Positions 1 to 10,485 of a stretch of 50,764 nt of DNA are shown in pieces (position 1 is the stretch's first letter; each line of letters opens with the position of its first letter). Position numbers and translations under genes: made by a program. The stretch covers positions 1-50,764 of the IMG/VR virus record IMGVR_UViG_3300049737_000544. One strand, written 5' to 3'. The notes beneath the pieces were generated by a model, which worked only from the letters and a program-made list of their open reading frames with translations, did not search any database and had not been told where the DNA came from. The stretch comes from a virus (lineage: Duplodnaviria; Caudoviricetes).

Positions 1-84
1 TTCCATAAATTCTGAGTCCATACCACAGATACCTGTATGTTTGCACTTAAGTTCGTCTTCTGTAAAATATTTCCAATTACTCAT
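1..84 (-). CDS. N-terminal fragment of a peptidase M15A-like endolysin (runs off window edge)
   Basis: Manual translation from ATG at 84: MSNWKYFTEDELKCKHTGICGMDSEFME; the YF-x3-EL-x-C-x2-G...MD pattern is typical of phage M15A N-termini. Catalytic part not in window. Confidence 0.6.
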   Translation of the reverse strand, partial: MSNWKYFTEDELKCKHTGICGMDSEFME

Positions 85-85
85 T

Positions 86-676
86 TTATGTCCATTGTTT
101 TCCTTCTCGCCAACCTACTAAAGCATGACGTTGTCCTTTAGTAACTTCAGTAACACGATGTTGTAAAAAAGAAGGAAAAACTATTACCGTGCCTTTTTTT
201 CTTAATGTCTCTTTTAGTTCTGGCGTATTAGGTATATCTGTAAATTCTAAATCTCCGCCAGTATAAGAATCTGATTCAGATAATTGTATAGAAAAACTTA
301 GCTTTCTTTCATACATACCTTGTTTAGCTTCTCCTAAAAAAGAGTCTTGATGCCAGTTATAAAAACTACCTTTATTATATTCTGTGTGTTGAATGTATCT
401 ACACACTCCTGATAGATCAAAACCAAACCAATCCATATTAGCTTTGTTTACATAATTGTCTGCTAAATCTTTAGCTTCTTTATATAGATTTGGCATAGAG
501 TCATTTAACCAACGTAGTTGTGTAACTCTATATTTATCATCTTCTTTTGCATTTTCTTCAAAACCTATTTCTGCTTTTTCAATAGGTACATTTTCTAAAA
601 CATGAAGATGCAAGTTATCTAGATATTTTAATAATTCTTCATTTGGGTTTTCAAAAATTGCTATTCTTCCAAGCAT
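86..676 (-). CDS. 2OG-Fe(II) oxygenase (PKHD/prolyl hydroxylase-like)
   Basis: WHQD (HxD), RKLS, YTGGDLEF, FPSFLQHRV, R..LVGW motifs. Confidence 0.9.
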   Translation of the reverse strand: MLGRIAIFENPNEELLKYLDNLHLHVLENVPIEKAEIGFEENAKEDDKYRVTQLRWLNDSMPNLYKEAKDLADNYVNKANMDWFGFDLSGVCRYIQHTEYNKGSFYNWHQDSFLGEAKQGMYERKLSFSIQLSESDSYTGGDLEFTDIPNTPELKETLRKKGTVIVFPSFLQHRVTEVTKGQRHALVGWREGKQWT

Positions 677-783
677 TTTGTTTCTCCACTATGAAATTTT
701 TTTTTGTAATATTCTCTATATTTTTTTTCTAGTTCAATTTTTTTATTAAAATTTTTATTAGCTTTTTTAAATTCTGCTTTCAT
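661..783 (-). CDS. small Lys-rich hypothetical protein (40 aa)
   Basis: ATGA overlap with upstream stop; frame stays open in the diverged copy (50267-50389). Confidence 0.5.
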   Translation of the reverse strand: MKAEFKKANKNFNKKIELEKKYREYYKKKFHSGETKCLEE

Positions 784-1586
784 TTTGTTTTAGTAAGCTT
801 GTCTATCATCTTTTTATGTTTTTGATATTTATTAGCTACAACTCTTGAGCCATAAGGGTACATACTACTTGCAAGAGTTTTGTTCCATTCGGTAGCTGGT
901 ATATGGTTGTAATGTATTTTATATTTTGTTTTGCCTTGTAGCGGTACTAATACTGCAGGAGACTCACCATATTTAAAATTTAATTCTTGTGACTTAGCTT
1001 CAGTAAAAAATTGAATGTGCATTTGATGAGCATAATAAAATTCAAGCACTCCGTTTAATACTTGTATATTTTTTTTTGACTGCCAATAATTATTTGTTAA
1101 TAAAAACTTATGATCTTTAGGTCCTTCAATATACCAAGGGTAAGATAATTTTAATTGTCTCATGTCTGGAAAAGCATCTCCCCATTGTTCAGCAGCGTGA
1201 GTTTGCACAACTGGAACATGAGATGCTTCATTAAATCCTTGATATTCTATAGGTCCATTAAAACTGTAATTAGGAATCCAGTCTAATTTATCTTTTTCTT
1301 TATTGTATTTAATTTTTATATCGAAAGGACAAGGTAAAGCTATAGCATTTTGATAAAACTCTATAAACCCTGTGCAAGACTTCATATTTAAAATAGGCTC
1401 ACCATTTTCTAACATTGCTGCTTCATGCTCTGCTGGTGTTTTTTTCTCTGGGTCAGCAGAAACTTTTAATTTGTTCCACCAAGAAATTTTAGATGGCTTT
1501 AAATAATGAGGTGTAGTTTCTTTATATTTGGTAGGTTCTTCGTAACAAGTATTTATTATTAAATCAAAATGTTTTTTTAAGAACAT
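780..1586 (-). CDS. hypothetical phage protein
   Basis: 268-aa ORF; MKSCTGF...ALPCPFDI resembles proteins often adjacent to phage 2OG oxygenases. Confidence 0.7.
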   Translation of the reverse strand: MFLKKHFDLIINTCYEEPTKYKETTPHYLKPSKISWWNKLKVSADPEKKTPAEHEAAMLENGEPILNMKSCTGFIEFYQNAIALPCPFDIKIKYNKEKDKLDWIPNYSFNGPIEYQGFNEASHVPVVQTHAAEQWGDAFPDMRQLKLSYPWYIEGPKDHKFLLTNNYWQSKKNIQVLNGVLEFYYAHQMHIQFFTEAKSQELNFKYGESPAVLVPLQGKTKYKIHYNHIPATEWNKTLASSMYPYGSRVVANKYQKHKKMIDKLTKTK

Positions 1587-1591
1587 ATTTT

Positions 1592-2656
1592 TTATATCAA
1601 CCAGTTTGCAGGAGTTTGAGGTATTTTAATGTAAGCTTTAACTTGTTTTATTGCCAAAGTGTTTTTGTCATAAACTAGACCAAAGTTCCAAACAGTAGAT
1701 TGCATTTTATTATCTGGCAAAGGAAATTCAAGTGAATATTTTTCACAGTATTTTTTCATTATGTTAGGTGTAGAAGTAAAAAACACATCGTACTCATCAG
1801 CCTCAACTCCATTAATATCATATATCTTAGCAAAGTAATGATCGTAACAAACAGGTAAAGGCGGTCTCGCAATAAAAGAATCAGGATTAGTTTGATAATT
1901 ATCAGTGGTTTCGTTACCTACTATTACGACTTTTAAGTATTCTTTAGAACTATCTAAATCATATTTTTTTCCATACCACCATCTAAAACTATAAGAATGA
2001 ACTGGAACTTTGTAAGTAGCTAAAAGATTACTATAAGCAGCTTTTTCATAATACATTTCGTAAAAAGTAATCGTATTATTGCTAGAGTAAGGCGGTCTTA
2101 TAGTATGATTGTCATAATATTTACCAACAATATTAAAAGGTTTTGCTTTAAAGTCAGGTTGATTAGAAAATTTAGAATTTATTTTAGTTATCAAAGCATC
2201 TACTTCTTCACCCTCAGGACCTGTACAACCTATTTGATAATCTATTTTGACTAGTTCTTTATTAACATAGACTTCATCCCACATACCTGTTTCTTTTGCT
2301 ATAATTTTACATTCTCCTAACCACTCTGCAGGAATATCTGTTTCTGTTGGTACTTTGAATAAAGTGTTACCTTGATAATATAATATTTCTTTATCCCAAA
2401 TTTTTACTTCCCACAAATCTTTTATATAGTCTAGTTGGTCACTTTCGATTGAAAATAATCCATCTGATTCTTGTGTCAATAATTCATCAGTAGAATGTTT
2501 ATCAAACTCCCAATACATTTCTTCACCAGATACTGGATGATTAGTATAAAGGGTTAATCTTTTGTAATCGTTATCGGTTCGCCAATGAGTAATTTTTTCT
2601 TCCGCAGTCCTGTCCTGATATGAGTCTGTACTCTCTGTAACTACCACTTTAGTCAT
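1592..2656 (-). CDS. hypothetical protein
   Basis: 354-aa ORF tightly packed in operon; no motif recognised. Confidence 0.75.
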   Translation of the reverse strand: MTKVVVTESTDSYQDRTAEEKITHWRTDNDYKRLTLYTNHPVSGEEMYWEFDKHSTDELLTQESDGLFSIESDQLDYIKDLWEVKIWDKEILYYQGNTLFKVPTETDIPAEWLGECKIIAKETGMWDEVYVNKELVKIDYQIGCTGPEGEEVDALITKINSKFSNQPDFKAKPFNIVGKYYDNHTIRPPYSSNNTITFYEMYYEKAAYSNLLATYKVPVHSYSFRWWYGKKYDLDSSKEYLKVVIVGNETTDNYQTNPDSFIARPPLPVCYDHYFAKIYDINGVEADEYDVFFTSTPNIMKKYCEKYSLEFPLPDNKMQSTVWNFGLVYDKNTLAIKQVKAYIKIPQTPANWLI

Positions 2657-2657
2657 C

Positions 2658-3272
2658 TTAAACTCTTCTCCTAAAAGTTACATAGTAAGTTGTGTTATTA
2701 GCAGGAAAAGGAGCTATTGTATCTGTATTACTCGTAAAACCTACATTCGGAGCTGTAGTGCTTATAGCTAGGACTGTAGAATTAGCAGTACTTGAAAAAG
2801 TAAAATCTCCCCTATCAAAAGTAGTTGCGTTGACTACAACACTATTAAAAACATTGTTGTCGTCATTAGTTATATTAGATGCATTTGAAGTAATTTCAAA
2901 ATTTTTAGACCCAGTTCCTAATATAGTATTTGAACTACAATAAACTCCAGTAATAGTTCCTCCGCCCATATAATCAGAATCACTAGTAGGACTTAAATTT
3001 GAAGGTGAAGTATTAGCATGAAAACCTCTGTAATAACTTGTTATGCTTATATAGCTTTGTGTAAAAGTTACTGACCCAGCTCCGACTGTGCCACTTTGTA
3101 CAAAGTCAGCAGCTTTAGCGTACATATTTGCCATTCCAAATTGAGTGTTTTGATTAGAGCCACACATTAATCGTAAGTCAGCGTCATTAAAACCAATAGA
3201 ATTGCCTGAACCTCCTCCTAGTTCAACATGGACTGCGTTCATATCTATTTGTCCAGATGCAACTGTAGCCAT
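2658..3272 (-). CDS. tail fibre-associated protein
   Basis: [21 protein letters not shown]-terminus typical of proteins following chaperone-bearing fibres; S/T/N/G-rich. Confidence 0.65.
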   Translation of the reverse strand: MATVASGQIDMNAVHVELGGGSGNSIGFNDADLRLMCGSNQNTQFGMANMYAKAADFVQSGTVGAGSVTFTQSYISITSYYRGFHANTSPSNLSPTSDSDYMGGGTITGVYCSSNTILGTGSKNFEITSNASNITNDDNNVFNSVVVNATTFDRGDFTFSSTANSTVLAISTTAPNVGFTSNTDTIAPFPANNTTYYVTFRRRV

Positions 3273-6200
3273 TATTTAGCCTCTAATTTTTCTACCTTTT
3301 CCTCAAGTTCTTTTATAGCTTCAATAAGTAAAGGTATAAGTTTGTCGTACCAAACTGTTAGATATTTATCATCTATTGGTGCTGCAGTTACTACTTCAGG
3401 CAATACTTTTTGTACTTCTTGAGCAGATACTCCAACTTGAAGTCTGTTGTTTTCATAACCAAGAGCTTTAGCTGTTTGATTTTCTTGGAAATAATAACCA
3501 TTTAATTGTTTTACTTTTTCTAAAGCGTTATCAATTGTGCCTTCAAAATCTTTTAGTCTTTCATCAGAATAAAAAGCAGTAATATTATTAGTAGCTCGTA
3601 TTTCACCTGCTGTTCCTGAACCTGCTGTATTAACACCCAAACTGTTTACTTGTGCATTTGAGCCTGTGCTAAAGCCACCAGTCGGTCCTGTTGGACCAGT
3701 TGGTCCAGTGGGTCCAGTACCGCCATTGCTTCCAGAAGGACCAGTGGGTCCTGTGGGTCCAGTTCCGCCATCATTTCCGTCACTTCCTGCTGGTCCTGTA
3801 GGTCCAGTAGGTCCAGTGGGTCCAGTTGGACCAGTACCACCATCATTTCCATCACTTCCATCATTTCCTGCTGGTCCTGTAGGTCCAGTAGGTCCAGTGG
3901 GTCCAGTAGGTCCAGTAGGTCCAGTAGGTCCAGCTACTGTTGAATCTGCTCCAGCAGGTCCAGTTGGACCAGTAGGTCCAGTACTACCATTACTTCCAGC
4001 AGGTCCAGTTGGACCCGTAGGTCCAGTAGGTCCAGTGGGTCCAGCAGCTATTGCATTTGCAATAGTAGCTTTTCTAATGGCACTTGCTGAAGTGTCATAG
4101 ACTGCTATGAGATCGTCACTAGCTATAGAAGTTTCAGCAGTATGAGCAGATACTACGTCACCAGCTACTGTACCAGTAACATCTACTCCTGTTGAAGTGG
4201 TTTCAAATTTTTTAGAGTTATCGTAATAAAGGTCAACAGAACCATTAGTATCAAACAAGGCTTTAGTTTCAGAACCATCGCCAGTTTTCATAATTACTGC
4301 ACCATCAGCCCAAATTTCTAAGTTTCCTGTTCCTACGTCTTTTATAAAACTGGTAGACCCATCGTGAAGAATCTGTAAATCTGAACCTGCTCCAAAAGTA
4401 GCTTTTCCATTATCTCCTAAAACTATATCGTGATTAAAAAATGCTGACCCTGCTGCAGACATATCAAGGGTTAGAGCAGTTATAGTTGAGCCACCATCAA
4501 TACCTTTAAAAACAATATCTTTATCATCTGTTCTGGACATGATAGAAAAGTCCCCACTTGAGTTTCCAAGAGAACCAAGATAAGCACTAGCATCATAAAA
4601 CTGTATGCCACCACCATCAGCATTAAGAACTATGTTTCCTGCTGAATCTACAGTAAAATCACCTGACCCACTTTCAGTTAAAGTTGTTGCATTACTGCCA
4701 TCACCTGTAATTGATAAAGCACCTCCCGTAATTGCCAACGTATCATCTATAGTTACAGCACCATTAAAGTAAGCATTATTTTGGTTATATAGACCATAAG
4801 AACCATGTACAGCATTTACACCTACACCTAATTTAGTTTGAGCTACAACACTTCCAGTTACATTTGCAGTATGTGAAAAATCAAACTCATTATTACTTGC
4901 ATCCCAAAGAATAGTTGCATCTGTACTTGCATCAACTGCATCTTGAATAGTAATACCAGCACCATTAGCAGAACCTGAAGTATCACCTGAGCCAAAGTTT
5001 ACAGTTATGTTTTTATCTTCTACATCTAGGGTAGCAGTATTTAAAGTTGTTGTAGTACCTTGTACAGTCAAGTCACCTTGAACAACAACACCATTATTAA
5101 AGGTAGCAGTACCAGCATCTGACATATCAAGGGTAAGAGCGGCAATTACAGAACTTCCATCTACACCTTGAAAGACTAAATCTTTATCTTGAACCCTAGA
5201 CCTTATGTAGAGATCACCACTATTATTGTTCATGCTGATAGTTCCAACAATAGTTCCATCATCACTTAATATAATATCTCCACCACCTGCATCTAAGGTA
5301 ATATCTGCTGCTACATCTAGTGTTAAATTACCAGAACTTGTAGTTATGGCACTCGTATAAGCTGTGCCTGAAAGATGAAGGTCTTTAAAGCGTGAACCTG
5401 TTGCACCTAAGTCAACTGCTCCATTTGAGGCACTTCCCTCATCTCTAGGTTCAATACTAGAACCAAAAAAGGTTAAGCCTACTTTTCCTGCAGTGGGTAA
5501 TCCTTCAATAAACATACTACCACTTGAATTACCTACAGAACCAAATTCAGTTCCACCATCTGCAAATATTATATCCCCACCATCAGCATCAAGAATAATA
5601 TCTCCTGCTGTATCTAATGTTAGGTTGCCTTCGTTAGCAAAAATAGAACCATTAGTGCCATCAGATGTGAGAATTAAATCTCCACCTGCACCCATTCTTA
5701 GTAAACCATTATCTACCATTTGAATATCGTGGCTAAAGGATGCTGAACCACCTAATGACATATCAAGGGTAAGGGCAGTAATCGTAGAACCACCATCGTT
5801 GCCTTTAAAAATTATGTCTTTGTCTTGTGTGTTAGCTCCAAGGACTAAATCTGTACTACTATTTTCTATGTAGCCAAATTGTGTTCCGCCATCTTCAAAA
5901 ACAATAAATCCACCATCAGCATCTAATTTAATCTGTCCAGCTACATCTAGCGTAAGATTGCCTGAGTCGGCAATAGTTTGACCTGCCAGTGCTCCTAAAG
6001 TAGTAGTTACATTATCTTTTAAAATTAACTTAGTTATTCGAATGGCAACTGTTACACCCGTGCTAAAAGAAGCTGCAGATGTATCGTCTTGAGCTCTTAC
6101 AACAGTAAAGGTAGAACCAGATACACCAGTAACTTTTACTATTTCTATATTTGTGCCATCATCTATAGTGACATAGAAGAACTGGCTACCTGAAATAGAC

Positions 6201-6298
6201 GGAAAATCAGTAGCTGAAGATACAGAAATAGAAGTGGCTGTATCATTTATCCCACTTGCGAGAGTGGTTATGGCATTGTTAGCAAGAACTAAAGCCAT
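3272..6298 (-). CDS. tail fibre with repeated beta modules, collagen-like segment and C-terminal intramolecular chaperone (peptidase S74)
   Basis: GPT triplets; FYSDERLKD autocleavage motif; [28 protein letters not shown]. Confidence 0.9.
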   Translation of the reverse strand: MALVLANNAITTLASGINDTATSISVSSATDFPSISGSQFFYVTIDDGTNIEIVKVTGVSGSTFTVVRAQDDTSAASFSTGVTVAIRITKLILKDNVTTTLGALAGQTIADSGNLTLDVAGQIKLDADGGFIVFEDGGTQFGYIENSSTDLVLGANTQDKDIIFKGNDGGSTITALTLDMSLGGSASFSHDIQMVDNGLLRMGAGGDLILTSDGTNGSIFANEGNLTLDTAGDIILDADGGDIIFADGGTEFGSVGNSSGSMFIEGLPTAGKVGLTFFGSSIEPRDEGSASNGAVDLGATGSRFKDLHLSGTAYTSAITTSSGNLTLDVAADITLDAGGGDIILSDDGTIVGTISMNNNSGDLYIRSRVQDKDLVFQGVDGSSVIAALTLDMSDAGTATFNNGVVVQGDLTVQGTTTTLNTATLDVEDKNITVNFGSGDTSGSANGAGITIQDAVDASTDATILWDASNNEFDFSHTANVTGSVVAQTKLGVGVNAVHGSYGLYNQNNAYFNGAVTIDDTLAITGGALSITGDGSNATTLTESGSGDFTVDSAGNIVLNADGGGIQFYDASAYLGSLGNSSGDFSIMSRTDDKDIVFKGIDGGSTITALTLDMSAAGSAFFNHDIVLGDNGKATFGAGSDLQILHDGSTSFIKDVGTGNLEIWADGAVIMKTGDGSETKALFDTNGSVDLYYDNSKKFETTSTGVDVTGTVAGDVVSAHTAETSIASDDLIAVYDTSASAIRKATIANAIAAGPTGPTGPTGPTGPAGSNGSTGPTGPTGPAGADSTVAGPTGPTGPTGPTGPTGPTGPAGNDGSDGNDGGTGPTGPTGPTGPTGPAGSDGNDGGTGPTGPTGPSGSNGGTGPTGPTGPTGPTGGFSTGSNAQVNSLGVNTAGSGTAGEIRATNNITAFYSDERLKDFEGTIDNALEKVKQLNGYYFQENQTAKALGYENNRLQVGVSAQEVQKVLPEVVTAAPIDDKYLTVWYDKLIPLLIEAIKELEEKVEKLEAK
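3679..4043 (-). repeat. collagen-like (Gly-Pro-Thr)n 9-bp tandem repeats
   Basis: ggtccagta/ggtccagtg units on + strand. Confidence 0.95.
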
Positions 6299-6309
6299 TA
6301 CCTAATCCT

Positions 6310-6741
6310 TTAACTAACAGTAACAGTCCAAGTGACAGTCATGCTGTCGGATGCACCTTTATTTACTACTGAAAAGACTGTTCTGCATAACATAGTACCA
6401 CCAGAACTAGCATTAAAAATACCAGCTTCTGTAACAGCACCTGTACCAGTACCAGCGGCAAAACTTGCAACATAAGTTACAACAGCCCCAGAAACATTCG
6501 TACTTGTTAAAGCAACTCTACCTAATTGTGTACCTAATGCTGTGTCTGAAGCACTGGCTGCGGTAGAACCAGAGCCTATACCCATGTGAGACATTGCAGT
6601 AGCTGAAGTATCTTTTATACGAGAAGCGACATAGCCTTTACCAGTGGTAACAACTATATTATCTACCTCTTGCACAACTTCGTCATTAAGTCGAATTTGC
6701 AGCTTACCCTTCATTTTTAATTGGTCATTTATATTTGACAT
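6310..6741 (-). CDS. virion structural protein (tail-collar fibre-like)
   Basis: VVTTG..MGIGSG..TAL..EAGIFN..MLCRTVF pattern; structural module. Confidence 0.65.
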   Translation of the reverse strand: MSNINDQLKMKGKLQIRLNDEVVQEVDNIVVTTGKGYVASRIKDTSATAMSHMGIGSGSTAASASDTALGTQLGRVALTSTNVSGAVVTYVASFAAGTGTGAVTEAGIFNASSGGTMLCRTVFSVVNKGASDSMTVTWTVTVS

Positions 6742-6750
6742 TTTTACCTC

Positions 6751-8241
6751 TTAAGAGTTTATTGTGTAAGTGTTAAGAGCACTGGTGTTAAAAACACTAT
6801 TGGCTCCTGAAGTTAATTGTATAGCAATTGACTCAGATACTGAAACACTATTTGATATAACACCTTGTTCTTTTAAATAAGAAAAAGCTTCTTCTATAAC
6901 AGGAGTATCATTAAAAGCCCTTTGAAAACTTACTATTCTAGCTAAAGATTCTGTAATGCTAGGAGTATCAGTTAAGCCCTTGCCAAAATCACTAATATTT
7001 AAACTTTCAACTACACTAGCAGCATCAGCTAAACTCTTGACAAAATCACTAACATTTAAACTTTCAGTTATAGTAGAAGCATCGTTAAAAGTTCTTTGAA
7101 AATTTACTATTCTAGCTAAAGACTCTGCAATGCTAGAGGTATCAGCTAGGCTTTTATTAAAATCACTAACACTTAAGCTTTCAGTTATAGCGGGAGTATC
7201 ATTAAAAGACCTTTGAAAACTTACTATTCTAGCTAAAGATTCTGCAATAGAAACTATATTATTTTTATTTACACCTGAATTCGTAGCCAGATCATCACTA
7301 GCACTTGCAGTATCATCTAAAGTATAAGTATCAGCTAAAGAACGAATGTAGTTTGTAACTTTTGAAAAAGACTCTGAGATAGATATTGATTGTTCATCTC
7401 TAGTGACAATTTTATTTCCCATGCCGCTGTGTACAGCACAATAATAATGTAGGGAGTTTATAAAAGTGTCAAAATCTATTTCAACATAAGCTCCAGCTTG
7501 TCCAGCAGTTCCTACAACTGTAACACCAGTTGTATATTCGCTGCCGCCTCCATGAGTTCCATTTCCTGTTGTAGAAAATCTTAGAGGATGTCCGCCATTG
7601 CTTGAATGAGATTGATCGAATCTGTAAGTTCCATTTAATTCTAAGTCTATTTCTGGGCTAACTCCCCCATTAAAATAAAATTTATTTCCTCCACCATAAC
7701 TATTAACTCCAGAAGCAACTGTAACAATATAAGTAATTGTGGAACCCGTATTTGGATTACCAATAACTTTATTAGGAACTACATTTGAAGATTCACTAAC
7801 AGAATAAGAATCAGATTTTTCACTCGAAAAAGAACTTATATAATTTTCCGCTATGCTTGTGTTATCTGATTTATTCAGTTCGGTATCTTGCACTGAACTT
7901 TCAGATATAGATAAAGATTCGCTAAATTCTCTTGCAAGAATAATAGCTACGCTTTCAGAGACTGAAAGAATATCTCCTTTTGCTAAAGCAGTTTCTAAAT
8001 TTGATTGTTCGGCAACAATCATTGAATCTGTAATTTGTTTGCTTGTAGAAAGTTGTAAAGACTCAGATATATTTATAATTACGGCATTATTGCCATCATC
8101 CATAAAAAATAAATTTGTTGAGCTTGAATCTATTAAAACATCTGTAATAGATAAATTTTGAAATTGAAGAGGGGCTTTTAAATTAAGTGCGGATAAAACA
8201 CTTTTTAGTTTTTGAAACTCTACCTTTATTTTTAATGCCAT
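6751..8241 (-). CDS. repeat-rich virion protein with inserted cupredoxin-like domain
   Basis: ~19-20 aa D-T-x-S-I-x-E-S-L repeats; central GHPL...YYCAVHSGMG. Confidence 0.7.
   Translation of the reverse strand: MALKIKVEFQKLKSVLSALNLKAPLQFQNLSITDVLIDSSSTNLFFMDDGNNAVIINISESLQLSTSKQITDSMIVAEQSNLETALAKGDILSVSESVAIILAREFSESLSISESSVQDTELNKSDNTSIAENYISSFSSEKSDSYSVSESSNVVPNKVIGNPNTGSTITYIVTVASGVNSYGGGNKFYFNGGVSPEIDLELNGTYRFDQSHSSNGGHPLRFSTTGNGTHGGGSEYTTGVTVVGTAGQAGAYVEIDFDTFINSLHYYCAVHSGMGNKIVTRDEQSISISESFSKVTNYIRSLADTYTLDDTASASDDLATNSGVNKNNIVSIAESLARIVSFQRSFNDTPAITESLSVSDFNKSLADTSSIAESLARIVNFQRTFNDASTITESLNVSDFVKSLADAASVVESLNISDFGKGLTDTPSITESLARIVSFQRAFNDTPVIEEAFSYLKEQGVISNSVSVSESIAIQLTSGANSVFNTSALNTYTINS
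6890..7260 (-). repeat. imperfect ~57-60 bp coding tandem repeats
   Basis: tttgaaaa(c/t)ttactattctagctaaaga recurs three times and aaaatcactaa three times. Confidence 0.85.
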
Positions 8242-8615
8242 TAGTCAAAATCTTCCCTCACATTGAATTTAATTAAATCAACAACAGTTTGTATATCTCC
8301 TGTAGATTTAGTTAATTCAACTTCTGCTTCATAAAGTCCAGCAGCGGGGAAAGTATCGCTAGGAAAAACCATTGAAACTTTACCATTTGAAGCATCTGTG
8401 ATTGAAGCGGTAACTGTTTTTAAAATTGTTGTTTCTCCTATTTGCCTAATTCTAATTCTTATAGTTCCGCCTGTAATATCTACATTAGCAAAAGTATCAG
8501 AATTTTCTTGATCTAAAACTTGCCCTGAAGCAGCCGTATTACTATCTTTTAAAGTAATGGTAAGTTCAGGCAAAGTATCGCCTTTAACCATTCTTAATGT
8601 AGTAGCGTAAGCCAT
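8241..8615 (-). CDS. BppU N-terminal-like fibre attachment protein
   Basis: KGDTLP-L-ITL..G.YEAEVEL..IKFNVR pattern. Confidence 0.6.
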   Translation of the reverse strand: MAYATTLRMVKGDTLPELTITLKDSNTAASGQVLDQENSDTFANVDITGGTIRIRIRQIGETTILKTVTASITDASNGKVSMVFPSDTFPAAGLYEAEVELTKSTGDIQTVVDLIKFNVREDFD

Positions 8616-9292
8616 TATACAAACTCCTGATATTTAATAGTTAATGGAGCACCAACATTGCCATATTTTGTTTTTCTGACAGCTTGTGCTTGTCCTTTAT
8701 CATACATTTTTTTATTTAAATCTGCTGCCTGTAAATCTGTAAAAGGTGTGTCTTTCATCATTTGTAGTCGATATAAGGCTCCATGCACTACAGTTTCTGA
8801 ATATTCGTTTGCAATTATAGTAGGTATAGTCGATGCAGACTGTGTTGGCTTTAATGAATATAAAACATAAAGCTTTTCGTTCTCAGTGGGAGTCGGAGCA
8901 AAAAGTATAGTTTCTTGATCTTTTTGTGTGTAATATTTTACTGGTCCTTTTCCATAAAAATCATAAATAGAAACACCTCCTATTTGTGCTTTAGGATGAA
9001 TCCTTGTATATCTTTTTTGCGATAATTGTGTGCCACTATCATCTGAAAAAACTTTAAATATATCTATAATATGATTAAGTTCAGCTCCAGCGGGTATGTC
9101 TAAATCTTTATCTGAATATTCATTTACATTTTTAACTACTTGCAAGATTCCTAAATCTTTTAAATAAATATCTGTGCTAATACAAAATTCTATTAAAGTG
9201 TTTCTTAGCTCATCTATAATCAAAGCTTCTGGACAAGAAGGAGCCTCTCTTTTTACTTTTGGCACCAATGTTTGTATTTTTTTACTGCTCAT
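8615..9292 (-). CDS. head-tail adaptor/tail tubular protein
   Basis: APSCP..EFC..LKPT..HGALYRL pattern; position after capsid. Confidence 0.6.
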   Translation of the reverse strand: MSSKKIQTLVPKVKREAPSCPEALIIDELRNTLIEFCISTDIYLKDLGILQVVKNVNEYSDKDLDIPAGAELNHIIDIFKVFSDDSGTQLSQKRYTRIHPKAQIGGVSIYDFYGKGPVKYYTQKDQETILFAPTPTENEKLYVLYSLKPTQSASTIPTIIANEYSETVVHGALYRLQMMKDTPFTDLQAADLNKKMYDKGQAQAVRKTKYGNVGAPLTIKYQEFV

Positions 9293-9301
9293 GAATCTGC
9301 T

Positions 9302-9964
9302 CTAGGTTGTTGGTGTTGATGGTTTGGGTGTTGAAGCTGCATCAGCTTGACTTTTGACTCCTAATGAACTTTTGAAACTCTGCAAATAAACAGTAGATTT
9401 ATTTATATCAGAAGTTGACTCTGTGTCTTTTTGATAAGCTCTATACAACATATAGTCTAAGATAGCATTTGCATAAATATCATCAAGAGATATAACAGTT
9501 GTTGTGGTTGCAAAATTTGCAATTGTCACGTTTGTAGGAGCCGAACTGTAAACTAAATCAACTTCATGCCCTGAAGCTGAAGGATGAGGATAAACATAAA
9601 AATTCTTTGGGTCTCTTTCATCATAAACATAATATTCAACAAAAAGGCTAGTAGTGCCATACCAATCAACAACTGTATCGTCTAAAACTTTTTTTTGTAT
9701 ATTTTGTATTGTTTTTGTTTGTGGGCTTTTATTTTTATACAAAGATAAGAGCCTTAGTGCAGCTGAAGGTAAAGTTTGTTTTGCAGATTGTGCTAAAGTG
9801 AAAGCTGCATTGACTGGATTTGCATCTGGTCTAACAAGAACTATTTCTCTTTGTGCATCATTCAAATAATTTAATAAACTTTGTTGAGACCATTTTACAT
9901 TTGTAATGTCTTGTAAAATCTCTTCTGCTTTGTCAATTAAATCTATTACCCTTATTGTTGCCAT
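9302..9964 (-). CDS. adaptor protein (DUF6682-like)
   Basis: LQD..KWS..LLNYLNDAQREIV..RPDA; FYVYP; YMLYRAYQKD. Confidence 0.7.
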   Translation of the reverse strand: MATIRVIDLIDKAEEILQDITNVKWSQQSLLNYLNDAQREIVLVRPDANPVNAAFTLAQSAKQTLPSAALRLLSLYKNKSPQTKTIQNIQKKVLDDTVVDWYGTTSLFVEYYVYDERDPKNFYVYPHPSASGHEVDLVYSSAPTNVTIANFATTTTVISLDDIYANAILDYMLYRAYQKDTESTSDINKSTVYLQSFKSSLGVKSQADAASTPKPSTPTT

Positions 9965-9965
9965 T

Positions 9966-10259
9966 TTATAATCCTAAAGATTTTTTCTCCTCATCAGTTA
10001 AAGAATCTTCACTATAGAGAAAGGTCCAATATTCATCTCTATGAATAGGATTGTAAGTAATAATTTTGCCAAAACTTCCTCTTGAAAATAAAGGAGTTTT
10101 AGAAACTTTTTTATCTTTCTTTTGTTTTTTTGTTAGTTTATTTTTTTCTTTCAAATTATTAAGTTGTGCTTCTAAATCAGCCAACTTATTTTTTGGATTT
10201 AAAGAAACATTATATTTATCTTTTGCCTCTTCAATTATTTTATCTTTTGTTAATGTCAT
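9966..10259 (-). CDS. hypothetical protein
   Basis: 97-aa ORF, ATGA overlap with upstream gene. Confidence 0.65.
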   Translation of the reverse strand: MTLTKDKIIEEAKDKYNVSLNPKNKLADLEAQLNNLKEKNKLTKKQKKDKKVSKTPLFSRGSFGKIITYNPIHRDEYWTFLYSEDSLTDEEKKSLGL

Positions 10260-10438
10260 TTTTTTTTCTTTGCTCTAATTTTACCACTTTTAGAAGCTTT
10301 CTTCGCACCTTTCGGACCCATAACTTTAGTTAAAGTTCCATAAATATATGCATTGAGTTTAGCCCCTTTAAGACCTTTCTTTTTACCTTGGGATTTGAGC
10401 CTTTTTTCTAAGGCTTCTCTTTTTGTACCTTTTGGCAT
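10256..10438 (-). CDS. small basic hypothetical protein
   Basis: strong RBS AAGGAGGT before ATG. Confidence 0.65.
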   Translation of the reverse strand: MPKGTKREALEKRLKSQGKKKGLKGAKLNAYIYGTLTKVMGPKGAKKASKSGKIRAKKKK

Positions 10439-10449
10439 AGCACCTCCTT

Positions 10450-10476
10450 AAAAGAGGGGGAGCCGAAGCTCCCCAC
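10450..10476 (-). terminator. intrinsic terminator after capsid gene
   Basis: minus strand GGGGAGC-TTCG-GCTCCCC then CTCTTTT. Confidence 0.8.
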
Positions 10477-10485
10477 ACTTAATTA

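Larger units (their letters stand above)
81..1158. repeat. Left copy of diverged terminal direct repeat (partner 49687-50764, offset 49606)
   Basis: Direct comparison of both ends; same ORFs at a constant offset with scattered substitutions. Confidence 0.95.

Noticed and set aside
81-1158. Diverged repeat pair as DGR template/variable repeat
   Set aside because: No reverse transcriptase; differences are not adenine-specific and span whole genes
3646-4100. ORFs 3646-3864(-) and 3666-4100(+)
   Set aside because: Shadow frames of the collagen repeat in the tail fibre
6890-7260. Regularly spaced repeats as a CRISPR array
   Set aside because: In-frame coding repeats with similar spacers; no cas genes
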